A program made the translations under genes and the position numbers. Source: the human T2T-CHM13v2.0 reference genome, Homo sapiens. Taken from it: 64,000 nt of DNA. Of the stretch, positions 13,981-27,120 are shown piece after piece. The stretch lies in assembly GCF_009914755.1 (NCBI RefSeq), contig NC_060933.1. One strand, given 5' to 3'. Position 1 is the first letter of the stretch, and every line of letters starts with the position of its first letter. The notes under the pieces are model-generated. The model was not told the origin of the DNA and did no database searches. It was given only the letters and a program-made list of their open reading frames with translations.

Positions 13981-14275
13981 GGCCAGGCGCAGTCGCTCAC
14001 GCCTGTAATCCCAGCACTTTGGGAGGCCGAGGCAAGCAGATCATGAGGTGGGGAGTTCGAGACCAGCTTGACCAACATGGTGAAACCCCATCTCTACTAA
14101 AAATACAAAAATTAGCCAGGCAAGGTGGCATGTGCCTATAATCCCAGCTACTCAGGAGGCTGAGGCAGGAGAATCACTTGAACTCGGGAGGCAGAGGTTG
14201 TAGTGAGCCGAGATCACACCACTGCACTCCAGCCTGGGTGGCAGAGAGAGACTCCATCTCCAAAAAAAAAAAAAG
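13981..14275 (+). mobile_element. AluS (Sp/Sq/Sg-like) inserted in the A-tail of the AluJ
   Basis: Full dimer starting immediately after the AluJ A-tail. Confidence 0.95.
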
Positions 14276-14374
14276 AGAGAAAGAAAAGAAAGACTAATCA
14301 AGCACAGATCCTGATCTCAAGGAGCTACTTCCATTAGAAGTGACTGAGACTGAGATGTACAGCTTATTGAGCTA

Positions 14375-14580
14375 GTAATAGTAATTGTAAGCACCTATGT
14401 ATTAATAGTTATTACCATGCCCTACACACTTTACAATGGTTACTTCACATTGTCCTCACAACAGCCCAGTGAGGTAGGTTCTAATCTTATCCCATTTTAC
14501 AAATAAGGAAATTGTAACACAGAGATCAGATTACGAACCCAAAGAAGTTTGGCTTCAGACCTGAGCTCTTAAACACTACA
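14375..14580 (-). mobile_element. MIR
   Basis: 'tcctcacaacagcccagtgaggtagg...atcccattttacaaataaggaaat'. Confidence 0.75.
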
Positions 14581-17500
14581 GGTTTTTATGAAGATGCTGC
14601 ACAGATTGCAGAAGCATATATCACAGGAATTGAGAGGACAGAGAACTATCATTCAGCTGCATAAAGCTAGGAAGGCTTCCTGCAGGAGGTAGCACTTGGG
14701 CTAAACTCTAAAGGATGGGTATGATTGGGCCATAAGGAATGAATATTTGCAGGAAGGGCATTTCAGAATGAGAGACTGGCAATCAGCTGGTGTTTGTTGG
14801 CTCTTGTTGCTGAAACTTCAACTTTCCTCATTTCTTTTTTGTGACATAGGCCATCAGCCTAGCATTAAATGTCTGGCAGTGTGCAAGATTGAGTGGCTTT
14901 TTTGTCCATCAGTCCAATCTGTCTTTGGAAAAATACCTTTAACCCTTTTTTTAGCAGGATTCCTGATTTTTATCCTGGTTTATCTCTTCTGGGATGGGAG
15001 ATTCCTTCCTGTAAGAATGTCCGTATGGAAGGACCTTGAACCGAGGACAATAACCAAGCAGGAGAGCAGCTATTAGCCATGTCAAATGAGTAAATTCACT
15101 GCCCAGCCAAAGAAAATGTTTCAGAGTTGCTCCACCCCAACGATTGCTCTTAATAGGGGACAGATGGCAGTGGGCTATTTAACCTCTGTGCATTTCCTGC
15201 ATGTGACATGTCTCTGCTCATTTTGCTTGATGACTGAATTGAGAAGGACAACAAACTGAGATGACTGGGGAGAAACCTGAAAAATGGAATATTTACCCTC
15301 TGCTCCCTTCACCATGCCCCATCTGCTCCAGGAAATGGTCATCGTCATGATAGGTTTGTACCCTGTGTTTACTACTGAGGGGACAGCTCTGAGAGAAACC
15401 TGGGAAAAAGTCTTACATGCACTAAACATATCAATGCTTTTGACCACAGAAGAAACTGTTGTGGAGATTCCTGGGTTTTCTTCATCCTCTAACTTTAAAC
15501 CCTTTTCAAAGACAACCTCATTGATCATTTAGCATCTTCTTGACAGGACTCTTCATTCACATCTTCTGATTTCTCCTCTCCAGATGTGCCATCATGGGTG
15601 GCCTCTCTCTTATTGCAGCCATTATGTTATTTGTTGTTTTTGTTTTCTTTTTTCTTTTTTTTTTTTGCTAAGTTACTACTTTCCTACTCTTGATATTAGG
15701 AATGTAAGGTACCTTCTCTTTCTTGTATCTGAACTCCACCCTTTCTGCTTATATTCATCATGTTCTAGTGTAATTAGTCCTTGCCTTGGCAGATAAGTTT
15801 TTAATGTGAATTTTCTCAAGAGATGCTTCCAGAATCTTCAAAAGAAGAAGAATCAAAATCCTTTAGTTTCATAAGTGAATTTTGACACTATTTCTCTGTT
15901 CGTGTATGTGCATATGTGTTTACATGTATGCCTGTGTACATGCACGTATATGGTATATAGTATGTGTGTATGTGTCTTTGTATGTTTTACTTCCTCCATC
16001 TAATTTCTATTGTACTTCCCAGTGGTTGACGTAAAACCTGTATGTTACTAGTCTCCCTCTGGAATTCCTGGGAGTCCAGCCCAGGCACAAAAAAAAGAAT
16101 ATGTGGAGTTCTGAGGTGAGCAGTGCCCTTGATTCTGTGCAACAATGATGAATGGAATATAATTTCACAATACAATTCTAATATGAGTAGAGGAAGGAAA
16201 AAACTAATCAAATGGGGAAAAAAAGGTGGCAAATACCCTGTAACAGATTATTCCTTTAGGGTGCAAAATACCACCTGCAGAACTTCTCTGATAGTTTTGA
16301 AGAGTCCAAGTATTCAATAGTTCAATAAGGTGGTATGAAATCAACATTAGTCACACTGGACAATTTACTCTTCCATAACTTGTTGTTAGGTCAGGTGTAT
16401 TTTTCCCCTCAGTGAGTTCTTCACTACCTGCTTACCTTTTAATTTTTATAGAATTGCTATTATGTATCTTGCTCCTATAGGATCCTAAGCCATTGCTCCT
16501 AAATGCCCCAACTCCAGGCAAAGATCATCTTTGAACTCCTGTTGGTGTGTCCTGTTGATATTTGTTGGTGTGTTAGATGAATTTCTGTACAGCTTTGAAT
16601 TCTCTTCCCAGCAAAGCCAGGTTTTATGGCTCTTGCAGATTCACTTAATCTTTTGCAACACATGAATGATCCCTTCATTCTAAAGGCCACATGGTTGATT
16701 TGGTAATTTCTATAGATCTGTCTCTTACTGGTTTGCTTTTGTCTGCTCATTCCTTTTCTGTTACTTAATTATTTCAGGCGATTTTTCTCTACCTATTTAC
16801 CATCCGCAATTCAGGCCATCCTTTATTCTTCTCCTTAATTTCAGAGCTTTACAGCCTACCCTCCAAGAGCCTGGGGTTTCATCTCTACATAGTGCACATT
16901 GTGCCCCCTCTTTTTAATTGAGGCAGAGACTAGGAATTATGCAATTCCACACTCCACTGGTCATTTGCAGGGTTGGATTTATGATAGATTTTGTCTCTGA
17001 AGACTTCATTTGGTGAAGACTGATGAGGTGTCCTGAAAGGTGGAGAGCAGAATTGCCAGTCACTGGCTACAGTGAGAACTTCTCTGATCTTAGTTCTTTG
17101 TGTTCATTAGTTTGATGGGAAAAGTATATTTTTTAGAATTCTGTGCAGGGAGATTATGAGTTTTAAATCACATTTAGAAGTTAATCTTTTAATTTTAATT
17201 GTGTTGACTATATTTGTTAAAATAAACCATAGCTTTTTAAGTCTATAATTTTGATTCAAATTTAAGTATAATCAATTAAACTAATTTTAATACAATTTGC
17301 AAACTCAGGGCTTATAAAACATTAAGAAAAAAAGCCATTCTAGATATCTCTTGAGCACCTACCACATTCAAAATAGTTCACTAATTCAGTTTTGGAAATT
17401 TAAACCAAAATATTAAAATTAAGAAGATAATAAATCTCTAACCTCCATATGTTCAGTCTTTTCACCTCCCAATTAATCTTTTTCATGTTGATATAATGCT

Positions 17501-17659
17501 CCTTCTGAAATATAACTGAAATTCAGTAGCTTCCCTAAACGAAACCTTCAATGACTTTATACCATTTCATAAATTAAACAGCTATTTAATTTGACAGTGC
17601 AACATTCTAAGAATTGACAGTGCAAAATTTCCACAATGTGATTTCAACTTCCTATGTCT

Positions 17660-17789
17660 ATATATATATATATACTAGAGATGGGATCTTGTTTGCCCAG
17701 GCTGGTCTTGAACTCCTAGGCTCCAGTGATACTCCTGCCTCAGCCTCCCAAAGTGCTGAGATTACAGGTGTGAACTACCCTGCCTGCCC
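17660..17789 (-). mobile_element. FLAM / free left Alu monomer with (TA)n tail
   Basis: Single monomer 'agagatggg...cccaggctggtcttgaactcct...cctcccaaagtgctgagattacagg'. Confidence 0.9.
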
Positions 17790-19204
17790 TGTCCTCTGTT
17801 TTCTTTCTTCCTCACTTCCCCACTCCTTTTCTTCTTCTTTTCTTCCCTCTCTCCTCTCTGTCCTTCTTCTTTTATTCCAAAATATTAAACCCCACAAAGT
17901 AGTGAGGCACAAAGGGAAATAAGTCTTCCCTCAAAGACATCCAGTCTACACCCTTCTACAGAGCTCCACAATATGTTCCACGTACTCTGGTCCCATTGCC
18001 GCTGCTTCCTATGTTCCCATCACCTGTCCTCACCCACCTTCACCTCAAATGCCGTCTCCAGTACCATATCTCCCACTGATGTTTTCTCCTTCCAAGCTCA
18101 TCTCCTTCATGAACATCCTACAGCCTAGCATGACCACCTTCTCTGTGCCTCCTATTTTTCCTTCATTAAATTTTTTTTCTGATCATGGAAGGTAATACTC
18201 ACTATATAAGACTTTGAGAGTGGAGGTAAGTATACATGTAAAATACAATACATGGTCTAGTGTGACAAGGTATTCACTGAGAATCTGGATGTTCAAGTTC
18301 TAGTTCTATCCCTGACACTTAGTTGCCAAGTGACATTATGCTTGGCATTTATCCACTTTAGGACCTATACTTTTCTTCTTGAAAAAGTGGACACTGAGTT
18401 TCCTGATCTGTAAGTACCATTGTGGTTGTAGAATTCAATGTTTAATTTAGATGTCTATAAATGTGTGTTGTGTGTCTTGGTCCTGTCCCTAGGCAGTGAC
18501 TGTCACCCTCAGTACCTCAGTCAGGACATGGCCACGAGGTGGATCTTCCAGCCCTATTAGCATGTGTTGAGAGTCACATAATTTTATCCCCAATAGACTC
18601 AACTTGCAATAATTTTACCCATTATTTCAAATGTATTATCTCGCTTATCTAATAGTGAAACACACTGGGATTGAATTTCATTATTACATTTAAGGCTTGT
18701 TATCCTATGATTTTCTGTAGTCTTTTGCTTTTCCTTTTTTCTTCCAACTTAAAATGATAGCACCAAGCAGAACATTAAAATTCTAGACACTCGAACAACA
18801 CTGTAAACATTATTTAAATTGATTTTGTTCAAATTCATTGCAAACCCATGCGATGCATGAGTCTATATTAATGATATTCTCTCTTCTGAAATTTGGAAAA
18901 TTTTCTCCGTCTAGAACTGAAAAAAAAAAAACTAAGAGAGTAACAACTTTATCATAAGATTCATGCCAGCAGTGTTGGGAAACTGGATGAGAGCATAGAT
19001 TTATAAATCCCTACAGGTCCTTAGAGTTTATACATATTTTTAAAGGAAGCAGTTTATGTTTCTATAATGTATCTCCTCTTTTCTAAACATGATATCCAGG
19101 AAACCCATCATTTATGTTGGCTACATAATTTTCCTTCAAAGTAGTCCCCAAATCTTATAAAAGACAACCAACGGGTATTGTGTTTCCCGGGCTTCTGGGT
19201 GTTG

Positions 19205-19390
19205 GGGAGGCAGTGGGATGGAACCAGAACACCAGTCCTGGAACTGACACTTGCTGGCTGGGTGAAAGTGGGCAAATGTCAACTTCCCTGTGACTCAGTT
19301 TTCATCTCTTTAAATTGAATTGCCTTTCTTACAAATTCGTGGTGAAGATCAAATAAGATGATATGAGCAAAACTCTTGAAAACTGCATAG
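19205..19390 (+). mobile_element. MIR
   Basis: 'gggcaaatgtcaacttccctgtgactcagttttcatct...gtgaagatcaaataagatgat'. Confidence 0.65.
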
Positions 19391-21564
19391 CCTCATAGGC
19401 GGTCGCAGGGGTCATTATCATTTAAAACTGTCCCCACTGTTCATGAGAAAATTGTCCCACATCCCATCTCCTGGAAAATCTCTGTTCTTGGTGAGGATGA
19501 GGACAGTCAGGGGAACTATTTACATTATATTTTGTTTAACACTAAGGTAATAAAATGTAAGCAGAACTTCTGCATTGATGCATTAATTGCTTTCATCTAC
19601 TATTTCTTGTTAATGGAAGCATTTCTCTATGTTCCCTAGAAATATGCTAAATGTTATTTGATTATAATTTTATGCTTATATGGTAATTAGCACTCTTAGA
19701 ATATAAGCATGTAAACACCCTCCCATCATGAGGTCTGTCCTTAACATGCCATTATCGTATCCTGTTATTTCAGAGGGATGGAAAAAACATCATGTTGTTT
19801 GTTACTGTCAACACGGGAGAGAGCGTAAAGCAAGATACCACAGGAAATAAACTGTATAAATTGTGGAAAAATAAGCCACCCTCTTATTTGCTCTCTTATA
19901 GTATAAAAATACATTATATACATTCCCTCGCCCCAATCACAATAGAAACAAACCAACTAAAAGGAGAAACTCTGAGTATTGTCTCCTAACCTGTCCTATA
20001 TTTTGTTAGATTATGCTACCTGCTCCCTTCCAGTCAATTTTTAACCAGAAGTGTCTGAGATGAAACAACTCTTGGCTTTGTGTTTGGAAATAGCAGTTTA
20101 CTTAGGTCAAATAGGTTGATATGTTTGAATTTCTGAATTTTTATTCGATTTTAAAAATATATGTATAATAGCCCACATAAGTGTTTTTCTGTAGGTATTA
20201 TCCTATTCATTTTTACAGAAGGGGAATTCCAAAACCAAGGCCCAGAGAGGTCAAGTAATTTATCTAAGGTCACTTAACTTTTGGAGAATTGAGTTGTAAC
20301 TTTCCCTCAAGCTCCACATTCTAAAAACTTTGCCATTATGCTTTCCTAATCACTTCTCATCTCTCAGCAACTTTTCTCTCATCTATATTCCTGTAATTCT
20401 TCTTCCTGGATCATGTTGCTTCTCATTTAAAGGATGCAATTCTTCCAGTGATCTGGCAGAATCAGCAGATGTCATGCCACCTGGTCATGGATGTCACCCT
20501 TTCACAGAAGCAACAGGAGGAAGCACTATTGAAATAAGGCACTGTGGCTGTCTATTAAAACTCTTACATTGAGGCCATTTCCACCAACCAAGTTTCCGAG
20601 TGCCCAGATTAATTCCTCGCACAGGGAACTTGTCTGTGGGAATGATGCTTTCCTTCATGAGGTTCATGGGAAAAAATCAGACATTCCAAATCTCATTATC
20701 TGACAGGTTCAGGCTTCCCAATAGAAAGAAAACAAAGGCAATTTATGTGGGAGGAAAATGTGAGTTGGTTTGCTCTCTGATTGAAAGATGCTAGAACGCC
20801 AGACTATAAATCCCAGGTAGACCTGTTTCTTCATAGTTCAGCGGCTGCCCACCGAGTCAGTCTGTGGTGGAAGCACATACTTTATGGAGGGCAATTGTAA
20901 CAGACCATTTCCACCAAAGACTGCAGGCGTTTTTCTTTCAGCTTACTGGATGATGTGGTCCCAACGTGGATGAGGGCAGGAGACTCACATAATTTCCTGA
21001 ACCATCTCATGACTCTATTGTAGATGCAAGTTTGTCCTAGTTTTTTAGACTTTCTATCGTTCCAGACCATCAAATTGCTATTATTTTATGGAGATCAACA
21101 AGATATCAATATGATGTCTGAAATATGTAACAGGCCAAATGTATGAAGTTCTGTGTAAGAAACTGTATCTGAATGTCAAAGGGATTAAACAAATATGCAT
21201 TAGGCCCAAGATATGGGCCAGGCACTGGGCTGTGTACTTTTATCCATGATTTTTCTCTTAATTTGCACAATCACTCCCCTATGAGGTTGGTAGAATAAAA
21301 ACCCACCTAGATCTGGCTTAACTCAAACCATAACTGAACTGTTTCATTGCCATCTGTAATTTAGTCTCCTAATCAGTCTGAACCAGTTCCTGTGTGGGCC
21401 AGTTTTAAAGACAAGTAATACTTGTGGAGCATTTTTCACTGGCAGCTCCACTAATCTCTCCTGGCTTTATGCTGGTGATCAGCTAAGGGATGGAGAGTTA
21501 TTGGCTTGTTCCTTTTTCAGACAGCAATCTTCCATGTATTTAAAAACAACTAGCCATCTGGTAC

Positions 21565-21770
21565 AATATGGTGGCTAGAGAAAAAGTGCAGAACATTTGG
21601 AGTCAGACAGATCAGGATTTGGCTCTATCTCATCATACCTGTGTTGCATTAGGCAAATTAATTTACTTCTCTGGGGCTCAGTGTACTTATCTGTAACATG
21701 AGGATGACAAAACCTATCTCACTGGGACGTTGTGAAGGTTAAATCAGATGATCATTGTGAAGTGCTTAGC
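21565..21770 (+). mobile_element. MIR
   Basis: 'tttggagtcagacaga...ggcaaattaatttacttctctggggctcagt...ttgtgaaggttaaatcagatgat'. Confidence 0.8.
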
Positions 21771-21777
21771 TTGCAAT

Positions 21778-21802
21778 ACACACACACACACACACACACA
21801 CA
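21778..21802. repeat. (CA)n microsatellite
   Basis: Read directly. Confidence 0.95.
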
Positions 21803-22118
21803 ATCATGCACCGCATAATCACGTCAACAATGGACCACATATATATTTATGATCGTGGTCCCATAAGTTTATAATGGAGCATATGTAGGAACCTGACATA
21901 AAGCACTTGATATTGGCATTGCAAACCAAGTAGGGGAAATGATCAATATTCAGTAATGGTGTGGAGACATTTGTTTTTTCTATAAACCTACATGGTTTAT
22001 ATGTAAACAAACATATATATCATCTAGGTTTATGTAAGTACACTATGGTCACACAATTATGAAATTGACTAATGATGGATATCTCAAAAAATTTCTGTCG
22101 TCAAGTGATACATGACTG
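21801..22118 (+). mobile_element. Tigger3a-like non-autonomous DNA transposon (TcMar-Tigger)
   Basis: Terminal inverted repeats 'caatcatgcaccgcataa' and 'gtgatacatgactg', followed by TA. Internal 'gtggtcccataag.ttataatggagc'. Confidence 0.85.
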
Positions 22119-24009
22119 TATATACACAACACTTTGCATCAGCTTAGAAGCTGAAGCTGGGTTTGCATTAGGTCTCGATGAAGGTAGGCATATTAGAGTT
22201 TAAATAGAAGATAAATAATGGACCAAGACTGGAGCTATTGGGTGGTCAGTATGAGAGAGGGGGCAAGAGTTGTGAGGGAGAGAGCTGTGAGACACGGCCC
22301 ATTAACCAAACATGTAGTATCAGAGAGCAAAGGAGAAGAGGGGAATGCTGAGTGGTCAAGATATGTCCAGGCATTATGACACCTAAATAAAGGCTTTGAG
22401 GAGGGGAAAACACTAACTATAACCAGAGACAACAGCTTTTTCAAGATGGCCTCATTAAATGTTTAATTGGGTGAGAATATTTTGTGGATTCCCACACACC
22501 GCCAGAAATCCTATGCAGTGTTTCATTCTTTCTGTAAATATCATTTTCACTATGCACAGACACAGACTCATTACTTGCTGGAAAATCTACCTTCTTGTTC
22601 TGTTAAAGAACACAAACTGATTATTGAAGTTAAAGTAGTATCTTGCTTTGATGTGTCTCTTTTAGGACAATCTCTCCTGCTCTCCCTGAGAGAATGGTGG
22701 GCACAGTGAGTGAATGACTTACTGGGAAGATAAATGAAGGAGGCTTCAGGTGAATGGGCTCTGTGAAGTTGGGGGTCACTGAAAAGGTCAGGCCTGAGGG
22801 CAGTATTCCAGAGATCTAAAATACGCTGAAATGCATTGTTCTTATTTCACTCAAGGGGTAATTGTTCCCCAAAATGCATTGCCTGCAATATTTCAGGTTG
22901 TCTTGATTATATATGAACCCACATACATTGTGGTCTCTCCTGTGAGCGGTTCAGCTCTAGTTAAGTCTTGTAGGGAATGTAGAGAAAGCACAAGATGTGG
23001 TCTCTGTGCTCAAGGAGCTTGTTTAGCTAAAAATGGAGGAATAAAACCTAAGAAATAATAGAAGATATATTCAGTGTGATCTTGATCCTGAATATAAGTG
23101 GACTTGGAGACCAAATGCTTATGTTCTGGCAGATGCTCATCAGTGATGAAATATTCATCAAACCATCTCAAAATGGAGAGGAAATCAGGGCAATGTTTTA
23201 ATGTCAGTATACATATGTGTGTTGTAGAATATATATAATTTGATTATTATACTATATTTTATTTCTCTCTGATATATATATATATCTCCATATCTGTTAA
23301 ATACAAACATATCCAATTATCTTTCCTTGTGACAGATTGTTCTTTATTTTGCTCCTATTATTTTTTCTTTAGCTTTTTTCTTTAATTTTGTCCTTATTTT
23401 GTGGAATGATCATGAAGCTATAAAGTAGTTGTTTCTTCAAGGCCCATACTTGGAAAAATAAAAAAAAAATTGGGGGTTGCCAAAACATTCTTCTTTTAAT
23501 GCCATTGATCCTTGAAAACCACTTGTTTGAAGCAGAAAGAGGTGGGTGGGTCAGGTGCAGTGAGAGAAGACTTTGTGGAAGAAGGAGGAGCTTGTTGATA
23601 AAGAAGGTGTGTGTTGGGAAAAAGTAGATAATAACATTGAGATGGCCAGGCAAAGCCCAGGTTAGGAATTTAGATTTCATATAGTAGGGAATAAGGGACG
23701 ATTTACTGTCTTGAATCATGGCCACAGAATGAAAACTGTGTTTAGGAAGTTGAGATTGTCATTATGACATAAGATGGGTTAGAGGAAGGTCAAATTAGGG
23801 CATTTATTTTAAGAAAAAGCACTAGGAGAAATTCCATTCAGATTTGCTGAAAGCTCAAGAAATTTTCAAATGGAAGTTTCAACTAAGAGGAGAAAATCTA
23901 GGAGTGTAGTACTAAAGATAAATTCACAGGTTTCTTGGCTTCCACTGCTTGTAAAGTCGGAACATCACAGTTGAGCTCTTTCTTCTGCCACTTACTGCTC
24001 CACACTGGG

Positions 24010-24400
24010 CAATCTAGTAGGATGGCAGGAGAGCAGCTCTGGCCTGAGTGTTAATCACGACTTCATCTCCTAGTAATTGTGCAACTTTGGGAAATTTCAG
24101 CCTCACCTTCCTCATGCAAATTATATGAAACACAATGTTACCTCGTCAAAGGCTGTTTTGAGGATTAAAAGAGGTAACACATATGATGTACTCAGCAGAG
24201 CATATGGCCCGGAGCAGGTACCCATTAAGGAAAGTTACTGTTTTTATCTGTGTGTTCTTGGACAGGACCCTTAACCTCTCTGAGCTGTGACACACCCAAA
24301 TGTGAGAGGAGGTGAATCAGAGCTGCCTCGAATGGCTGTTGTGAGATTGAAAAGAAGGGATGGATGTGAAAATATTTTGAAAACTATAATTTGTTATATA
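24010..24400 (+). mobile_element. Two adjacent MIR fragments
   Basis: Two MIR cores: 'ggctgttttgaggattaaaagaggtaa' and 'ggctgttgtgagattgaaaaga'. Confidence 0.65.
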
Positions 24401-24747
24401 GATGGCTAGCTTTTATGGTTATTGTTGTCCATAATAACTGGTGTAATATATAAATCATGTGTCTAGAACCTGAGCTAAAATACATTTTTTTTTTCTGCAT
24501 TCAAGTAGTGTGTTGGCTTACCAGAGAGGTGATAATTTACACAATATTTTTATGTTAACAGCCTAGTCTTGGCAGTAAGTGCTGAGCTGGCCTGGAGGAG
24601 ATGACAGAGGTCCATGTTAGGGTGATCCACAGACCATGTCATGAAGGACCTTCAAGTTAGCCAGGTGTCCAGATACCCAGGTTGTGTTGGTGTGATGTGA
24701 GAGGCTTGTCCTGAGCTCATTGTAGCTGCTCAGTAACCCTGTTTTCT

Positions 24748-24976
24748 TTTTAAAATTTATTTTATTTTTTAATTTTCTAAGAGACAGGGTCTTGCTCTGT
24801 CACCCAGGCTGGAGTGCAGTGGCATGGTTATGGCTCCCTACAGCCTTGACCTGCTGGGTTCAAACAATTCTCCCACCTCAGCCTCCCGAGTAGCTGGGAC
24901 TACAAGTACATGCCACAACCCCCAGCCAGTTTTAAATTTTTCTGTGGAGACGGGGTCTCACTATGTTTTACAGGCT
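24748..24976 (-). mobile_element. 5'-truncated AluJ with TSD
   Basis: Right monomer plus a short part of the left monomer. TSD ccctgt(t/c)ttct at 24737-24747 and 24977-24987. Confidence 0.92.
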
Positions 24977-25599
24977 CCCTGTCTTCTAATGAATTACTCA
25001 GGCCCTGTGCTCATTCACTCAATCAGCAAACAAGCCTCAAGAACTTACCATGCGCTATGCCCAATGCTAGGTCCTGTGAATACGGAGATGAATCATTCAG
25101 AGTTGCTAGTTGGAGGTGCTTATAGTCTTCAAAAGAAATAAATCCAGAAACCAAGTGCCAAACTACAAGTAAAACAGCCATGTGAAGCTTCTGGATAATT
25201 CAGGCTTCTACACTAAGCCCTGTGTGGTGTAGGGGAGACAGGTCAGGGCACAGTGTCAGGAGGCTTGAGCTCAGTGAATTACTAGCTGTGCAATGTTGGT
25301 CAAAGAACTTAATCATGCTGGCACCCGGTTTCTACCTCTAGAGTATGCTGGCTATATACACCTCCTGTGGTTGTTACACATATCAAAAGAGAGAATCAAA
25401 ATCTCAACACACGGCTACTGTTTTTACTATAGAGGGAGGATATAACATGCACACACACAGGATAAGCTCTTTTCCAAGTGACCTTACTTCTCTTTAGTTG
25501 TTGTACACAGCTAAAGGGAAAACAGTATCAGGACAACACTTTTGATTAGTGGAAATTAATTTCTGTTGTTATTTTCCATCACCTAAACTTTGAGATATA

Positions 25600-25780
25600 T
25601 CCTTTCGTATGTATTATTTCTGTGATCCCTAAAATAGCCTAATAAGGGACATATATCATATCCCCATCTTATAGTTAAAGAAGCTGAGGCACTGAAAACC
25701 TAAATTTCCTGCCCAAGGAATACAGCTAAGGAGAGATGGACTAAGATTTGAACCTAACTGTTAATACTTTCTGTTTTACC
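25600..25780 (-). mobile_element. MIR
   Basis: 'atccccatcttatagttaaagaagctgaggcac...cctgcccaagg...gatttgaacc'. Confidence 0.7.
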
Positions 25781-26124
25781 ATGTGAGAGGAGGCTTCTGT
25801 AGTTATTTCTTCTCATTCTCAGTGAAGTCTAGAAATTTGAACTTTTAATTTATTTGTCATTGTCATTTGGTTTATTTGTCATTGTCATGCTACCACTCAT
25901 GCAGTCTGGGTTAAATATAAAATCATCAAATGTGTTATCATTTTGACTAAAGGATACATCCTTATATGTTTGGGGTGCCCTTTGACTCTATAAATAATAG
26001 AGTATGCATCATCCATCTATGAGTTAAGATGAACTTCTTTTTGAATCTGTTCATGTATCCATAATACTATGCCATTCCAAATAATTATTATGGCAGACTA
26101 TAATCAATACGACAGTGAGGCTAG

Positions 26125-27120
26125 AAATTAATATTTGTTGGACACCTACCATTTGCCATGTACACTGCATATTCCATTGTACACTAGAATTGCATTCAAT
26201 CCTCAGATGACTTATTGAGTAAGTGGTTATTTGGTGCTTCCTGTGTTTCAGACGTTCTAGGTATTGAGGGTACAAGATCAAACAAAACAGACCGAACCCA
26301 TGATTTTGTGAAAATTCACATTCTCTCAGGAGATATAAACAATAAGCAAAGTATGTGTGCCAGATTAAGGGAAGTGCCACAGAGGAAAACAAAAGCACAG
26401 GAAGGGGTAAGGGGAATATTGGTGGGGTAGTGGGGAGTTGCCTACATGCAGTAGGAAGAGTTTCATGCAGGCAGAAACTTTGAGTAAAGACATAAAGGAG
26501 TGAGGAAGACAGTCAGGTTGACATCTGGGGAGGAGTGTTTTAAGCAGAAATAAATAGCAAGTACAAATGTCCTGAGAGAGGAGTATGGCTGGAAAGTTTG
26601 AACAACAGCAAGGAGGCAGAGTGGCTGGAGAGGAATGAGTGAGCAAGAGACTAGCAGGAGATGAGATCAGAGAGATTATAGGGTCCTGATCACAGGGAGT
26701 CTGTAGACCATTGTAAAGATGTTGGCTTCTAATCTAAATGAGATGGAAGCCACTGGGGATTCTAAGAAGAGTGATGCGATCTGACTTATATTTGAAAAAG
26801 GCCACTCTGGCTATTGAAAACAGATAGACTTCAACACCTGTGGAAAGAAAGGGAAAAAAATGAAAGCAGATAGACTATTTAAAAAGCTTTCACAATAATC
26901 CAGGTGACACAGGATGGTCAATTACACCTAAGTAATGGCTGTTGAAGTGAGTAAAAATTGTTGAATTTGCGATATATTTGAAAGGTAGAGTTGACAGCAC
27001 TTTCAAATAGATGGGATGAAGGGTGTGAAAGAAGGAGAGAAGCCAAGAATGACTCCAAGCCTTCTGGAACTGGAACTGGTAGAATGGAATTGCCTATCAT
27101 GAGGAGAGAGAAGAGAACCA
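26125..27120 (-). mobile_element. L2 (L2a-like) 3' region
   Basis: Purine-rich antisense L2: 'gcaaggaggcagagtggctggag...gagatggaagccactgg...atctgactta', 'ttgaaaggtagagttgacag'. Confidence 0.85.

Noticed and set aside
15900-15985. Alternating purine-pyrimidine tract (possible Z-DNA)
   Set aside because: Degenerate (TG/TA)n low-complexity sequence, common and frequently interrupted.
18529-18546. CTCF-like motif tggccacgaggtggatct
   Set aside because: Mismatches at highly conserved core positions (GGC changed to GGA).
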